Source of the DNA: a virus
Virus record (IMG/VR): IMGVR_UViG_3300045970_000382
Coordinates: 1-64,000 of that record
Length of the DNA: 64,000 nucleotides
Strand: one strand, 5' to 3'
Shown here: piece after piece, positions 17,046 to 27,485 of the stretch
How positions within the stretch are numbered: position 1 is the first letter of the stretch
How the letters are laid out: each line of letters begins with the position of its first letter
The notes under the pieces: model-generated
Told to the model about the DNA's origin: nothing
Databases searched by the model: none
Seen by the model: the letters and a program-made list of their open reading frames with translations, nothing else
Translations under genes and position numbers: made by a program

Positions 17046-18566
17046 ATGGCTGAAACACCTGTAAGTTGGAAATCCAACTTAGTAGAGAAATCTAAGCAAG
17101 ATCCTGTTTGGTGGATAGAAAATGTTCTTGGCGTTACTTTATGGTCAAAACAAAGAGAAATTTGTGAGGCTATTCGTGATAATGAACGTGTAGCTGTTCC
17201 TTCAAGTTTTGGAACTGGTAAAACTTTTTTGGCAGCTTGTCTAGTATTGTGGTTTCTATATAATTTCAAACCTGCTCAAGTAGTTTCAACAGCACCCACA
17301 TTTCGTCAAGTCCGTGATTTGTTATGGGCTGAAATTCGTAATTTACATGCTAGAGCTAAAATGCCTTTGGGTGGTGAATGTCTACAACTCAGTATTAAGC
17401 TGAATGATGAACAATTTGCTGTGGGTTTTAGTACTGATTCAAATAACATGGATCTCTTTACAGGGTACCACTCACCTAACATGTTAGTAGTTTTTGACCA
17501 GGCAGCGGGTTTATCCACAACGTTTTGGGAAGCCGCTGAAGGTTTGCTAACCTCGGCCAACTGTAAGTGGCTCGCAATCTCAAATACCGCAATCGCAGAC
17601 AGCGAGTTTGCAAATATATGTATCCCTGAAAGAAGTACACGCTTTGGTGACTGGAAGATTGTTAAAATATGTGCAGAGGAGTCACCTAACGTAGTTGCTA
17701 AGAGGAATGTGTTTCCTGGATTAATTTCCTACGATTGGGTTCAGAAAAGAAAAAAGGCGTGGGGTATAAACGATCCCTTATACCAGATCTTTATCTTAGC
17801 TGAATTTGTTTTATCAAGTGAGATGACTGTTATCCCAGGACACTTAATTCCCATAGCTTTTGAGAATGATGGTATTGAAGGCGATGATATTATTATCGGT
17901 CTTGATGTGGCGAGAGCGGGTCTTGATTCAACGGTTTGGGCTGCGGTCAGTGGTAGTGCTGCTTTGGAGATAAAACGCCATACAGGGAATGATTTGATGG
18001 TTGTAGTGGGTGAAACTATTGAGTATGTACGCTATTTAGAAGAGAAATACGGTAAACCTGTATCAAATATTAAGATAGATACTATTGGTGTAGGTGGCGG
18101 TGTTTATGACAGATTGGCAGAGCAAGATTTTCCATGTACGCCTATAAATAACTCAGAAGTCAAAGTAGTTTCGGATAAAGAACGCTATCTTAATGTCAGA
18201 GCAGAAATGGCTTGGCAGTTACGATATTTGTTCCAAAATTTTGCTATTGGTTTATTTAGACTAGTAGATATGGATGAGGAACTTGCTGATTATTTGAAAA
18301 CGGATTTACGTGTTCAAAAATATAAGATATCTTCGTCAGGAAAGATACAGCTTATATCTAAGGATGACATTAAAAAAGAACTAGGACGTTCTCCTGATTA
18401 CTGGGATTCCTTGGTAATGGCATTTTGTGATCCTGGTGGTGGGCCTCCTGATCTTGAATATATCAGTGGTAGACCTGAAAAGAAAGAAGAACGTGTCTTA
18501 ACAGATAAGGAGTGGAATAGTTTTCTTGGTATTGAGATTGATATTTTGGATTCAACCTTTAATTAG
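17046..18566 (+). CDS. terL: Terminase large subunit
   Basis: Walker A VPSSFGTGKT, STAPT..QV, Walker B VVFDQ (variant), nuclease GLDVAR, IDTIGVG, SPDYWD. Confidence 0.93.
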   Translation: MAETPVSWKSNLVEKSKQDPVWWIENVLGVTLWSKQREICEAIRDNERVAVPSSFGTGKTFLAACLVLWFLYNFKPAQVVSTAPTFRQVRDLLWAEIRNLHARAKMPLGGECLQLSIKLNDEQFAVGFSTDSNNMDLFTGYHSPNMLVVFDQAAGLSTTFWEAAEGLLTSANCKWLAISNTAIADSEFANICIPERSTRFGDWKIVKICAEESPNVVAKRNVFPGLISYDWVQKRKKAWGINDPLYQIFILAEFVLSSEMTVIPGHLIPIAFENDGIEGDDIIIGLDVARAGLDSTVWAAVSGSAALEIKRHTGNDLMVVVGETIEYVRYLEEKYGKPVSNIKIDTIGVGGGVYDRLAEQDFPCTPINNSEVKVVSDKERYLNVRAEMAWQLRYLFQNFAIGLFRLVDMDEELADYLKTDLRVQKYKISSSGKIQLISKDDIKKELGRSPDYWDSLVMAFCDPGGGPPDLEYISGRPEKKEERVLTDKEWNSFLGIEIDILDSTFN

Positions 18567-18643
18567 ATGGAAATAGGAAGTTGAGATACGATGATTAGTG
18601 ATATAATTTCAAGAATAGAAGTATTCTTTTTAGGAAATAAGAT

Positions 18644-20245
18644 ATGTCTTTAAATTCTCAACAACAATTTAGTTTCGTTGACTGGATGAATGAAGGTGGA
18701 CAAGCTAATATCCGAAACAATGTCTTATCCACATCGTATGAAAGAGTTTCATGGGTTTATGCCTGTATTAATACAATTGGAACGGTAGCATCCAGTGCTC
18801 CATTAGCGTTTTATACTGATCCAACATGTTCAGAAAGATTTAGGCTTAAGGATGAGAAACATAATGTAGTAACATTGTTTAATCCTCCCAAGCCTCCTTT
18901 TATTCCATCACTTAGAGAACTCATATTTAGAACTTTTGTCCATTTAGGTATTCAAGGTAGAGTTTTTTGGGTATTTGAAAAAAAGAATGGTAAGTATGCT
19001 GAAATTGACCTCAAAGGAAATCTCCGTTCAGTTCTAACTAATGGTAGTTATGGAAAACTTATGTATTGGGAAGAACACAATGCAATGGGTTCTTTTAAAT
19101 GGCAACCTGAACAAGTATTACCTGTTGTTTATTATAATCCTAGAGATTTGGTAACTACAGATGTACCTGTAACAGGTTTATCACCATTGATGGCAGCTAG
19201 ACAAAGTTTAGATCAAGAGTTTAATATTAATGGGTGGAACACTTCGTTTTTTAAAACGGGTATGAAAACTCCATTATTATTGAAAGCTAAAGGAACTCTT
19301 TCAAAAGAACAAAAAGCTGATTTACGAAAAGAGATAGTTAATTATTACAGTGGTATTGATGGAGCACATGGAGCTTTAATTGTATCGGGTGGTATTGAAG
19401 TTACACCTTTATCTATTTCACAAAAAGATATAGATTTTATTGAAGGTAAGAAATTTAATAGAGAAGAAATAGCGTCTATTTATGGAGTTCCACCAGCATT
19501 ATTGGGACTTTTTGAATTTTCAAATTATTCCAACGCCAGAGAGCAACGTAAAATATTTTGGGAAAATACTTTATTGCCTAAAATGGCAATGATTTTAGAT
19601 TTAGTTCAGATTAATATCTTAGATAGATATTTTCCTGGAATTTATGCTAAATGGGATACTTCTAATATTTATGGACTGAAACCCGATGCTTCAGATGTAG
19701 CTAATGCTGCAAAGGTTTATTATGAAATGGGTATAGGTGTTAAAGATTTGGCAACTCTTTTAAGATTACCAGAATTGGCTAATATTAAATTAGAAGATAG
19801 AACTCCAAAACTTCCTAATATTCTTAATAGACCGACTCCTGGTGGCAATAATAACAAACCTATACCACAAGCCAATCGTCGTCCTAAACCTGGAAAACCT
19901 ATTGATAATCCTGGTGATCCATCAAATGTGCAAAATGCTCCTAAAAAAGATTTAGAAAAATTTTTTACAAATGTCTTGAGTAGATATACTAATTCTGCCA
20001 TTATGACCAAACAAAGGTCACCTAAATTAAATAAGAAATCTTGGTCAATGGAATTTATATCTATTGTTCAACCAGAATTAGAAAAATTTTGTGAAATTAA
20101 TAATTATTCTATTTCTATTGCTCTGGATAAATGTAATTGTTTTGTAACATTCTTATTAGATGGTAAAATTTCACTACAATCAGTTCAAAATGAGCCTAGT
20201 AAATTTGCAGGTGTTTTAGTTTCTTCCATAGTGAATAAACTCTAA
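18644..20245 (+). CDS. Portal protein (HK97 family)
   Basis: VYACI..I, GLSPL, DF.E..KF..EEIA..YGVPP.LLG..E.SNYSN. Confidence 0.93.
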   Translation: MSLNSQQQFSFVDWMNEGGQANIRNNVLSTSYERVSWVYACINTIGTVASSAPLAFYTDPTCSERFRLKDEKHNVVTLFNPPKPPFIPSLRELIFRTFVHLGIQGRVFWVFEKKNGKYAEIDLKGNLRSVLTNGSYGKLMYWEEHNAMGSFKWQPEQVLPVVYYNPRDLVTTDVPVTGLSPLMAARQSLDQEFNINGWNTSFFKTGMKTPLLLKAKGTLSKEQKADLRKEIVNYYSGIDGAHGALIVSGGIEVTPLSISQKDIDFIEGKKFNREEIASIYGVPPALLGLFEFSNYSNAREQRKIFWENTLLPKMAMILDLVQINILDRYFPGIYAKWDTSNIYGLKPDASDVANAAKVYYEMGIGVKDLATLLRLPELANIKLEDRTPKLPNILNRPTPGGNNNKPIPQANRRPKPGKPIDNPGDPSNVQNAPKKDLEKFFTNVLSRYTNSAIMTKQRSPKLNKKSWSMEFISIVQPELEKFCEINNYSISIALDKCNCFVTFLLDGKISLQSVQNEPSKFAGVLVSSIVNKL

Positions 20246-20275
20246 AGAATTTAAATCAAAAATGAGGTTTGTCCC

Positions 20276-21655
20276 ATGTCACAGTTAATTTTTTCACTAG
20301 ACAAAACTGTCACTGAGAAGGGCACTGTTGGAAGTAATATTTATAAAGCTATTGCATCTACAGCCGCTCTTGACCGTGACCGTGAGGTTTTAGTGCCCAA
20401 AGGTGCAGTTACTGATTCTTTTATGAAGAATCCTGTAATGTTAATGATCCATAACTACAAACAAGTTCCTATTGGTAAAGTTCTATCTATAGACATTACC
20501 AAAGATGCAGTATCTTTTTCTTTTACGTTTGCCGATACCGAGGATGGTAACGAATTGAAAGGTCTCTACGATACTGGATTCATGAACGCATTTAGTGTCG
20601 GTTTATATCCATTAAAATCAATGTGGATTGAAGATCAAACTCCAGATCAGTTTGAAATCACTAACACTGATGGAACTAAAGATACATTTGACTTAACCAA
20701 ATACAAGATTAAGCCTCAACGTGTTGTGTTATCATGGGAATTGCTAGAAATTAGTCCAGTTCCAGTACCTAGTAATCCAGAAGCTCTGCTAATTAGAGCC
20801 AAAGAAGACATTATCCGTAAAACAGTTGAAGGTCAACTCAGTAAGGCAGCGGGTCAACTTTTAGAATACAGAATTGACAAGCAAATTGAAACTATTAAAT
20901 TTGCCTTTGATTCTGATTTGGAAAAACTCAGTTCTTTAAAGAGTTCTAATGTCATTGAATACGTTAAAACTCCTATTGATGTTGAAAAAAGTTGGGATGG
21001 ACTTAGAGCACAAGCTTCGTTAGCTAAATGGTCATCTTCTGATGAATCTGGAGAAAAAGATTTAATTAATTGGGGTGAATATGCTAGAGGATTTGCTTAT
21101 GTCAATGTTGATAAAGCAGATAAATTATCTAGTTATAAATTTACCCACCATCATGTTATTGATAAAGAAGTAGTTGCTATTTTTAAAGGCGTAGCTAAAT
21201 CTATGGCAAGTCTTTTGTCAAGTAAAGAAGTTTATGGTGATGATGCTAAAAGTATTTATGAACATTTGGCAGAACATTACAAAGATGCAGTAAAAGAGTG
21301 CCCACCTTTTGAAGATAATTATACTGAAGATCAGTTGAAAGCAATTGCTGATGGTTTAGATTGGACTGTTAAATCAGATCCAGAAAATGAATCTAATGAG
21401 GATGATGCTTCTAAAGATCCTGTTGAATTAGTTTCAGATAAGAAATTAGATCAAATACTAGAAACATTAGTAGAATTTGATGAAGTAATTAGGTTGAGAT
21501 TCACTCTAATGGCTGATACACTGGATGCAATTCACGGTGATGTTAAATCTTTAAGTACTTCTGAAGAAAAATCTGATGATGAAGATCCTGACACAAGTGA
21601 AAATGTTATTGAAGATCAGCTTAAATCTTTGACTGAATTTCTAAAACAACCTTAA
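20276..21655 (+). CDS. Prohead protease with C-terminal extension
   Basis: DRDREV, HN...PIGK, FSVG, ELLEISPVPVPSNPEA; extra domain and acidic tail follow. Confidence 0.9.
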   Translation: MSQLIFSLDKTVTEKGTVGSNIYKAIASTAALDRDREVLVPKGAVTDSFMKNPVMLMIHNYKQVPIGKVLSIDITKDAVSFSFTFADTEDGNELKGLYDTGFMNAFSVGLYPLKSMWIEDQTPDQFEITNTDGTKDTFDLTKYKIKPQRVVLSWELLEISPVPVPSNPEALLIRAKEDIIRKTVEGQLSKAAGQLLEYRIDKQIETIKFAFDSDLEKLSSLKSSNVIEYVKTPIDVEKSWDGLRAQASLAKWSSSDESGEKDLINWGEYARGFAYVNVDKADKLSSYKFTHHHVIDKEVVAIFKGVAKSMASLLSSKEVYGDDAKSIYEHLAEHYKDAVKECPPFEDNYTEDQLKAIADGLDWTVKSDPENESNEDDASKDPVELVSDKKLDQILETLVEFDEVIRLRFTLMADTLDAIHGDVKSLSTSEEKSDDEDPDTSENVIEDQLKSLTEFLKQP

Positions 21656-21681
21656 TTATTAATTGTATTGGAGTTAAAAAA

Positions 21682-22824
21682 ATGAGTGCTATGAATGTAG
21701 AAGTTTTTGGAGAATTCAGTGAAAGTGTAAAACTTGCTCTGTCTCAATTCAAAACTCAGACTGAAGAAATTACGTTGTTGAAAAGTTTGATCCAAGATTT
21801 GGAAAATAAACTTTTAGCAATTCCTGAAAAACAAATTATTACGTTACCTAATGGCAAAATAGGTTTCACCGACAAAACAGAAGCAAAACATTTTGTTGAT
21901 TTATGCAAAGGTATTTTTCTACGAGACGGTGCGGCTGTTAAAGATTTAACAGAAGGTATTGATTCTGAAGGTGGATATTTGGTTCCTCTTGAAATTAGAA
22001 ATACTCTAATTATGATGTTGAACCAATATGGGGTGGCTCGTCCTGCTTGTACTGTCATTCCTATTGCTAGAGAAGAATTATCGATGCCAAAATTGGTAAA
22101 TGGCGTACAAGTATTCTGGATTGGTGAAGGTCAAACTATTCCACAAACTCAACCTTCATTCGGTGAATTCCGTATGCTGGTTAAGAAATTGGCGGCAATG
22201 GTTCCAGTAACCTCAGAATTATTGGCTGACAGCGTTATTCCAATTGCTAATTTATTGGCAACTCTGTTTGCTAATGCCTTGGCAAAAGAAGAAGATCGTG
22301 TAATTTTCACGGGTTCTACAATTGTGGGTGACCCGTTCAATGGTGTGTTTGGTGATCCAGGTGTTAATAGTTATGTGTTGCCAGCAACCAAGACCAAATT
22401 TACTGACATTACTTCTGACATGTTGGCTGAGATTACATCAACATTGATTCCTGCTGCTGCGGATGGTGCTAAGTTCTATATGCACAGAACTATTTTGAAC
22501 GTAGTTCGTACCTTGAAGAATTCGATTGGTGAATATATTTACTCACCTGACATTCAACCAGGTACTCCTGGAATGCTTTGGGGTTACCCCATTGTGTTGT
22601 CAGAAGTAATGCCTGCTATAGGGGCTTCTGGTGCAGGTAAACCTTTTATGATTTTTGGTAATATGGCTCATTACTATATTGGGGACAGGATGGCGTTATC
22701 TGTAGCACGTTCTGACCATGTTGGTTTTGCTCAAGACAAAGTATTTTTAAGAATCATTCAACGCGAAGCTCTGGCGGCTGCATTACCAGAAGCGTTTATT
22801 GTTATTAAGACGGCTGCTCAATAA
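21682..22824 (+). CDS. Major capsid protein (HK97 fold)
   Basis: GGYLVP, WIGEG, KKLA..V.V..ELL.DS, LWGYP, FGN..HY; N-terminal coiled-coil delta domain. Confidence 0.95.
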   Translation: MSAMNVEVFGEFSESVKLALSQFKTQTEEITLLKSLIQDLENKLLAIPEKQIITLPNGKIGFTDKTEAKHFVDLCKGIFLRDGAAVKDLTEGIDSEGGYLVPLEIRNTLIMMLNQYGVARPACTVIPIAREELSMPKLVNGVQVFWIGEGQTIPQTQPSFGEFRMLVKKLAAMVPVTSELLADSVIPIANLLATLFANALAKEEDRVIFTGSTIVGDPFNGVFGDPGVNSYVLPATKTKFTDITSDMLAEITSTLIPAAADGAKFYMHRTILNVVRTLKNSIGEYIYSPDIQPGTPGMLWGYPIVLSEVMPAIGASGAGKPFMIFGNMAHYYIGDRMALSVARSDHVGFAQDKVFLRIIQREALAAALPEAFIVIKTAAQ

Positions 22825-22836
22825 TGGAGTTAAAAA

Positions 22837-23130
22837 ATGAGTTTTTATCGGGTTATGTCTACTTTTGTGGACAATATAAATGGGCACCATTTTAGAGTAG
22901 GTCAGTTTATAGAAACAGACCAACAAAATTGGGTTGCACGATTTGGAGATATTTTGAAAAGAGAACAAATACTTCCTAATAATGTAGATATTTTTAAAGT
23001 GGACACTTCGTTAGAAGATTCGCCTGTTATTGAAAAAATAGTTACAGAGCAACCCAAAGTTGAGAAAGGTCTTACTAGAAAACCACTTCCTAATAAAGCC
23101 ATTTTGGGTGACACATCCGAGAACAAATAG
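22837..23130 (+). CDS. Hypothetical head-associated protein
   Basis: GGAG RBS; immediately after the capsid gene. Confidence 0.65.
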   Translation: MSFYRVMSTFVDNINGHHFRVGQFIETDQQNWVARFGDILKREQILPNNVDIFKVDTSLEDSPVIEKIVTEQPKVEKGLTRKPLPNKAILGDTSENK

Positions 23131-23820
23131 ATGTCTTTGGATTCTTTTCTTAATGCTTTAGTCACTACAGCTATTCAAACATTACAGGTATCTGATGCAA
23201 CTCTTGGAAATGATTTTGCAGATGATGATCCTATAGTTAGAGTAATGGCTAAAGCCGCTTATTCTCAAATTTGTAGTTTTTGTAACAGATATTTTGAAAA
23301 GGCTGAATTTAATGAAGAGTATCACAGTGTTTTTGATAAAATAAATCTACGCCACTCACCTGTAGAAACAGTTTCTGGACTATGGATACGTGGCGTACCT
23401 TTAATATTAGATGTAGATTATTCTGTTGCTGGAAATAGAATAACTTTATTAAAGGCTTATGATTATATGGAATATCCTTTATGGGATATGGAATATTTTC
23501 CATATTATTATACAGAAAGAATGAGAGAACATTCTGTTTTTACTAATGTTTGTTTGACTAGAGATAAAGATGTAGTAGTTAAATATACAGGTGGCTATCC
23601 GTATGCAGATAGCAATAACGATTTATTTACTGGTCTGCTTTTGCAGACTATGACTTTATATAATAGACGTTCTACATTAGGAATGTCTTCTATATCAGGT
23701 ACTGTGGGTCATACAGGCCCAGCTACGGTGGCAGGTGCCTCTGATATGGGTGATTTGTTAGAAGTCGTAAAAGGAATTATGATTGCGTTTATAAATTTTA
23801 GGGATGTGGATTATGTCTAG
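23131..23820 (+). CDS. Head-tail adaptor
   Basis: FCNRYF, L..SPV..V, V.YTGGY pattern; synteny. Confidence 0.7.
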   Translation: MSLDSFLNALVTTAIQTLQVSDATLGNDFADDDPIVRVMAKAAYSQICSFCNRYFEKAEFNEEYHSVFDKINLRHSPVETVSGLWIRGVPLILDVDYSVAGNRITLLKAYDYMEYPLWDMEYFPYYYTERMREHSVFTNVCLTRDKDVVVKYTGGYPYADSNNDLFTGLLLQTMTLYNRRSTLGMSSISGTVGHTGPATVAGASDMGDLLEVVKGIMIAFINFRDVDYV

Positions 23821-24466
23821 TGGGATTCCTACTGTTTTACTTGATTTTGTAAAAGATCTAAATACAAACACTAGGAAGAAACAGACTACTTTAGTTGCTG
23901 TTAAATCTTTACAATTTCTTAACGAGCAATTAGATAATTTAAAAACAAATCCTGGAGCTTATGGATTATCAAGTGCAAGGGCTAATGCTTTAGAAAGGAA
24001 TTTAATTCGTAGTAGAGCAGCAATAAATGTAAATAGGGATTCTATTAATATAAAGTTGAAATTAAAAGATTCTGCTGAAAGTGATCCATCTAGTGTATCA
24101 GAATGGGCTGCTATGATTAATAGAGGGCACACTGTTAAAGGTATGAGATCTATATTACCTACAGAAAGAAAAATGTTGGCCGTTCCTTTTACCATAGGAG
24201 GTGATGAAATTGTTTCATTTGCTAGAGGATCAAGAGATCCACATATTGTAGGTAAGTTTGTAAGCCAACATGTAGAAAAAAGCTCTTCAGGTAAACCTAT
24301 GTTGTATTACTTACCTAGAGGAGACCATTTGGTTATGATGGGTAAAATTATGGGAGGCAAATGGGAAGGAATTGCCACACTATTTCAGTCAATACCCATA
24401 AAACAAGCTCCATGGGCAGATGAAATTTTATATAACGTTGCTAAAGCTCTGGGTGCAAAAGTTTAA
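23813..24466 (+). CDS. Neck/tail completion protein (putative)
   Basis: Synteny; start probably MSSG at 23813. Confidence 0.55.
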   Translation: MSSGIPTVLLDFVKDLNTNTRKKQTTLVAVKSLQFLNEQLDNLKTNPGAYGLSSARANALERNLIRSRAAINVNRDSINIKLKLKDSAESDPSSVSEWAAMINRGHTVKGMRSILPTERKMLAVPFTIGGDEIVSFARGSRDPHIVGKFVSQHVEKSSSGKPMLYYLPRGDHLVMMGKIMGGKWEGIATLFQSIPIKQAPWADEILYNVAKALGAKV

Positions 24467-24930
24467 TGTCCAGAAGAGAAGAAGTTATCGCAGAACTTCG
24501 TAGAAGACTACTTGTCAAATTACCTTCAGCAATTATAATTGAAGGAACGGGTGGTATTTGGGGTGCATGGGATAAGAAAATACCTTGTATTCATTTATTT
24601 GAATTACCTAGTAAAAGAATTCTTACTAAGCCGGGTATTTATACAGTAGAGTTACCAGTTCAAATTGAATATGTGGTTAGACTGGGTAGACAGGATGGTT
24701 GTAATACTGAAGGTAGAGCTAGATTGTTATGCCTTCAACAGGCACTTGAACTGGATGAGAGATTTACCAAAGATAGAAACCTTAGAACACAAAGCATTGA
24801 TTTAGTTATTAGTTATTTCTGTGGATCTGATGAAATAACGTCACCTTTACCTAATATATTAGATGCGGCTGTTTTGTATGTTTTTAAGTATGTTGACACT
24901 TTCTATGGTTATGAAAAATCTAGACATTAA
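24466..24930 (+). CDS. Tail terminator (putative)
   Basis: MSRREEVI, P.I.LFE pattern; directly before the major tail gene. Confidence 0.6.
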   Translation: MSRREEVIAELRRRLLVKLPSAIIIEGTGGIWGAWDKKIPCIHLFELPSKRILTKPGIYTVELPVQIEYVVRLGRQDGCNTEGRARLLCLQQALELDERFTKDRNLRTQSIDLVISYFCGSDEITSPLPNILDAAVLYVFKYVDTFYGYEKSRH

Positions 24931-24969
24931 GAATTTTTATTTTTACTTTTACTTTTATGAGGTTTCAAA

Positions 24970-25968
24970 ATGAATTATCCGTCTCCAAATCCAGCCAACT
25001 ACACTTTAGGAAAAGGTATTTTATACTTTGACCAATTTGATAGTTCTGGACAATTAACAGGTGAGGTAGATCTAGGTAATGCTCCAGAACTATCTTTCAA
25101 TATGTCCGTGGACATGTTAGACCATTTTAGTAGCAGAGCTGGTATATCTTCTAAAGATGCCCAGGTTACTAAACTGATTGTGCCCACATTCACTTTCACT
25201 TTGGATGAGTTTTCTGATGAAACTTTATCCATGTTATTTTATGGTCAAAGCACTAATGTTATAAATCAGGCTGCTGTTCCTTATAAAACTGAAGCGTTGC
25301 CTGCCACAGTTAATAAAAAATCTTATTACTCGCTTGCTAATCGTAATATTGGTGCTTGGGCTGTTAATGTAGTTTATGAAACAGGTAAAACGGCTGCTGA
25401 TATTCCCGATGATGCTGTATTGACCAATACTTCAGGTGGTGCTACTAATACTTATAGTGCTCTTACGGCTGTAGGTACTCGGATCTTTTTGAAAACACCT
25501 GCAGGTACAGGTTTAGCTGCATCAGGCGACATTTATATTGCTACTGTTAAGATTGCCACATACACAATTGCTCCACATTTTGATACTACTAGAGTTTTGA
25601 TAAAGAAAGGTTCTGCTTGGTTGTTGCCCGGTGTTGATTTTACTCTTGATTCTGATTTAGGCCGTATTTTGATTGGAACTGATTCTACTTTAACAGGTAG
25701 TGAAGTGGTGAGTTTTGGTGTTGCCGCATCTAGTGTTAGAAAAATCAGTGCGGTGTCATCGAATACCTTAAAAGGCAAAATCAGATTTGTCAGTAACAAT
25801 CCTGAAGGTGCTCAGTATCAGATGGAAGCGTGGAAGTGTTCCCTGAAACCATCTGGTGACACGGCCTTTATCAGCGATAATTGGGCAACCGTGAAATTTA
25901 CAGCTGAAGTGTTACTTGACCGTGAGAATCATCCCTCAAGTCCATATTTGGACGTAACTATATACTAA
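24970..25968 (+). CDS. Major tail tube protein
   Basis: YTLGKG.LYF, LGNAPE, LKPSGD pattern; synteny. Confidence 0.8.
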   Translation: MNYPSPNPANYTLGKGILYFDQFDSSGQLTGEVDLGNAPELSFNMSVDMLDHFSSRAGISSKDAQVTKLIVPTFTFTLDEFSDETLSMLFYGQSTNVINQAAVPYKTEALPATVNKKSYYSLANRNIGAWAVNVVYETGKTAADIPDDAVLTNTSGGATNTYSALTAVGTRIFLKTPAGTGLAASGDIYIATVKIATYTIAPHFDTTRVLIKKGSAWLLPGVDFTLDSDLGRILIGTDSTLTGSEVVSFGVAASSVRKISAVSSNTLKGKIRFVSNNPEGAQYQMEAWKCSLKPSGDTAFISDNWATVKFTAEVLLDRENHPSSPYLDVTIY

Positions 25969-25995
25969 GTAAATCAATGACTTAGGTGTTTTAAC

Positions 25996-26027
25996 TAGGC
26001 CACTGAAGTTTCTATTCCAGTGGCCTA
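25996..26027 (+). terminator. Stem-loop (probable terminator) after the major tail gene
   Basis: TAGGCCACTG/CAGTGGCCTA 10-bp stem. Confidence 0.55.
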
Positions 26028-26117
26028 TTAATCTAAAATAATAATCAAATATAATCTTTATTTAATATTTTTACTGACTTATACTAATGTTTTGCATTTT
26101 ATATATCAGGCACAAAT

Positions 26118-26852
26118 ATGATTAAAGTTGGAGATAGATTTGAAACGAGGAATTATGGATTTTGCACTGTTATAGAGTATATAGATTCTTATAATGTAAG
26201 AATTAGATTTGAAGATGGAATTGAAATAACTTGTACAGCAGGTGCCTTAAGAACTGGTCAAGTTAAAAATCCAAATCATCCTAGTATTTGTGGTATTGGT
26301 TTTATTGGAATTGGAATTTATTCTCGTAAAACACATTTAAGAATTTATGATATTTGGAAATGTATGCTTGGAAGATGTTATGACGAAGGTTATAAAAATT
26401 TACATCCTACTTATAAAAGTTGTACAGTCTGTGAAAGATGGTTAAATTTTCAAAACTTTGCTCATGATTACTTACAAATGGTGGGTTCAGATTTAAACTG
26501 GCAATTAGATAAAGATATTTTATTTAAAAGAAATAAGATATATTCACCAGAAACATGTTGTTTAGTTCCACCACAAATAAATACACTTTTAATAAAACAT
26601 GTTGCTAGAAGAGGAGAATTTCGTATTGGAGTTTCCTATGATGAACATTATATAAATCCATATATAGCTAAATGTCATATTAAAGGAAAAATTAAATATC
26701 TTGGTAGTTACAAAACAGAACAAGAAGCACATTTACGCTATAAAGCCGCGAAAGAACAAGAAATAAGAAGATTAGCTAATTTATTTAAAGACCAACTTGA
26801 TCCAAGAGTGTATATTGCCTTAATGAATTATGAAGTTGAGATGGACGATTAA
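26118..26852 (+). CDS. Free-standing HNH-like homing endonuclease with AP2-like C-terminus
   Basis: W..ML.RCY, VCERWLNFQNF, LDKDIL, YSPETC, YLGSY. Confidence 0.85.
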   Translation: MIKVGDRFETRNYGFCTVIEYIDSYNVRIRFEDGIEITCTAGALRTGQVKNPNHPSICGIGFIGIGIYSRKTHLRIYDIWKCMLGRCYDEGYKNLHPTYKSCTVCERWLNFQNFAHDYLQMVGSDLNWQLDKDILFKRNKIYSPETCCLVPPQINTLLIKHVARRGEFRIGVSYDEHYINPYIAKCHIKGKIKYLGSYKTEQEAHLRYKAAKEQEIRRLANLFKDQLDPRVYIALMNYEVEMDD

Positions 26853-26880
26853 AAAATCGTTGCTGGTGCTACAGTTTTAA

Positions 26881-26957
26881 AAAGCTTCACACTGATAATG
26901 CTAATTCGTTAAAGTGGCTTAAACAGCAGTTTTAATGGCTTAAAATGCCACTTTCTC
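26881..26957 (+). repeat. Dispersed 77-bp non-coding element, copy A
   Basis: Ungapped match to the reverse complement of 63485-63561. Confidence 0.9.
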
Positions 26958-27026
26958 AACACTTGTTGAGTAGTTATGAAAAACAAAAAGTATAAATTCA
27001 CCTACACTAAGAAGAGGAAAAAAGTT

Positions 27027-27485
27027 ATGAAACCAGCAAGACAAAGAACGAAGTTGGGTGATTCAGATTGGACATCTTTATTTCCAGTTAAGCAGTATAC
27101 AATAGGTACAACTTCTTTAGACATTTCACCTTTATCTATCCAGGAACTTTCGGGTGTTCTAGATAAATTGTCTAATATCTCAAATAAAATCCAAAGTGAT
27201 TTAATAAATAATGAATTAGATGAAGGTGTAGCTAAGTCTTCGGTAACTGTTATCAACCTTGTAAAAATAATTATGTCTGAAAGTCCTGATATTCTTTCAG
27301 ATATCTCAGGTTTGGATGTTGAAGATGTCCAATCGTTGCCATTGGATAAAGCTTTAGAATTGTTTAATTTTTGTTTGGATGTAAACATAGAAAGCCAAGA
27401 AGGCTTGTTAAAAAACTTCGACGGCCTGACCAGCCGGATATCCAAGTTTACGAGTCCCAAGACGATGACTCCAGCGACTCCATAG
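27027..27485 (+). CDS. Tail assembly chaperone (G-like)
   Basis: Between the tail tube and TMP genes; GAGG RBS before ATG 27027. Confidence 0.75.
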   Translation: MKPARQRTKLGDSDWTSLFPVKQYTIGTTSLDISPLSIQELSGVLDKLSNISNKIQSDLINNELDEGVAKSSVTVINLVKIIMSESPDILSDISGLDVEDVQSLPLDKALELFNFCLDVNIESQEGLLKNFDGLTSRISKFTSPKTMTPATP

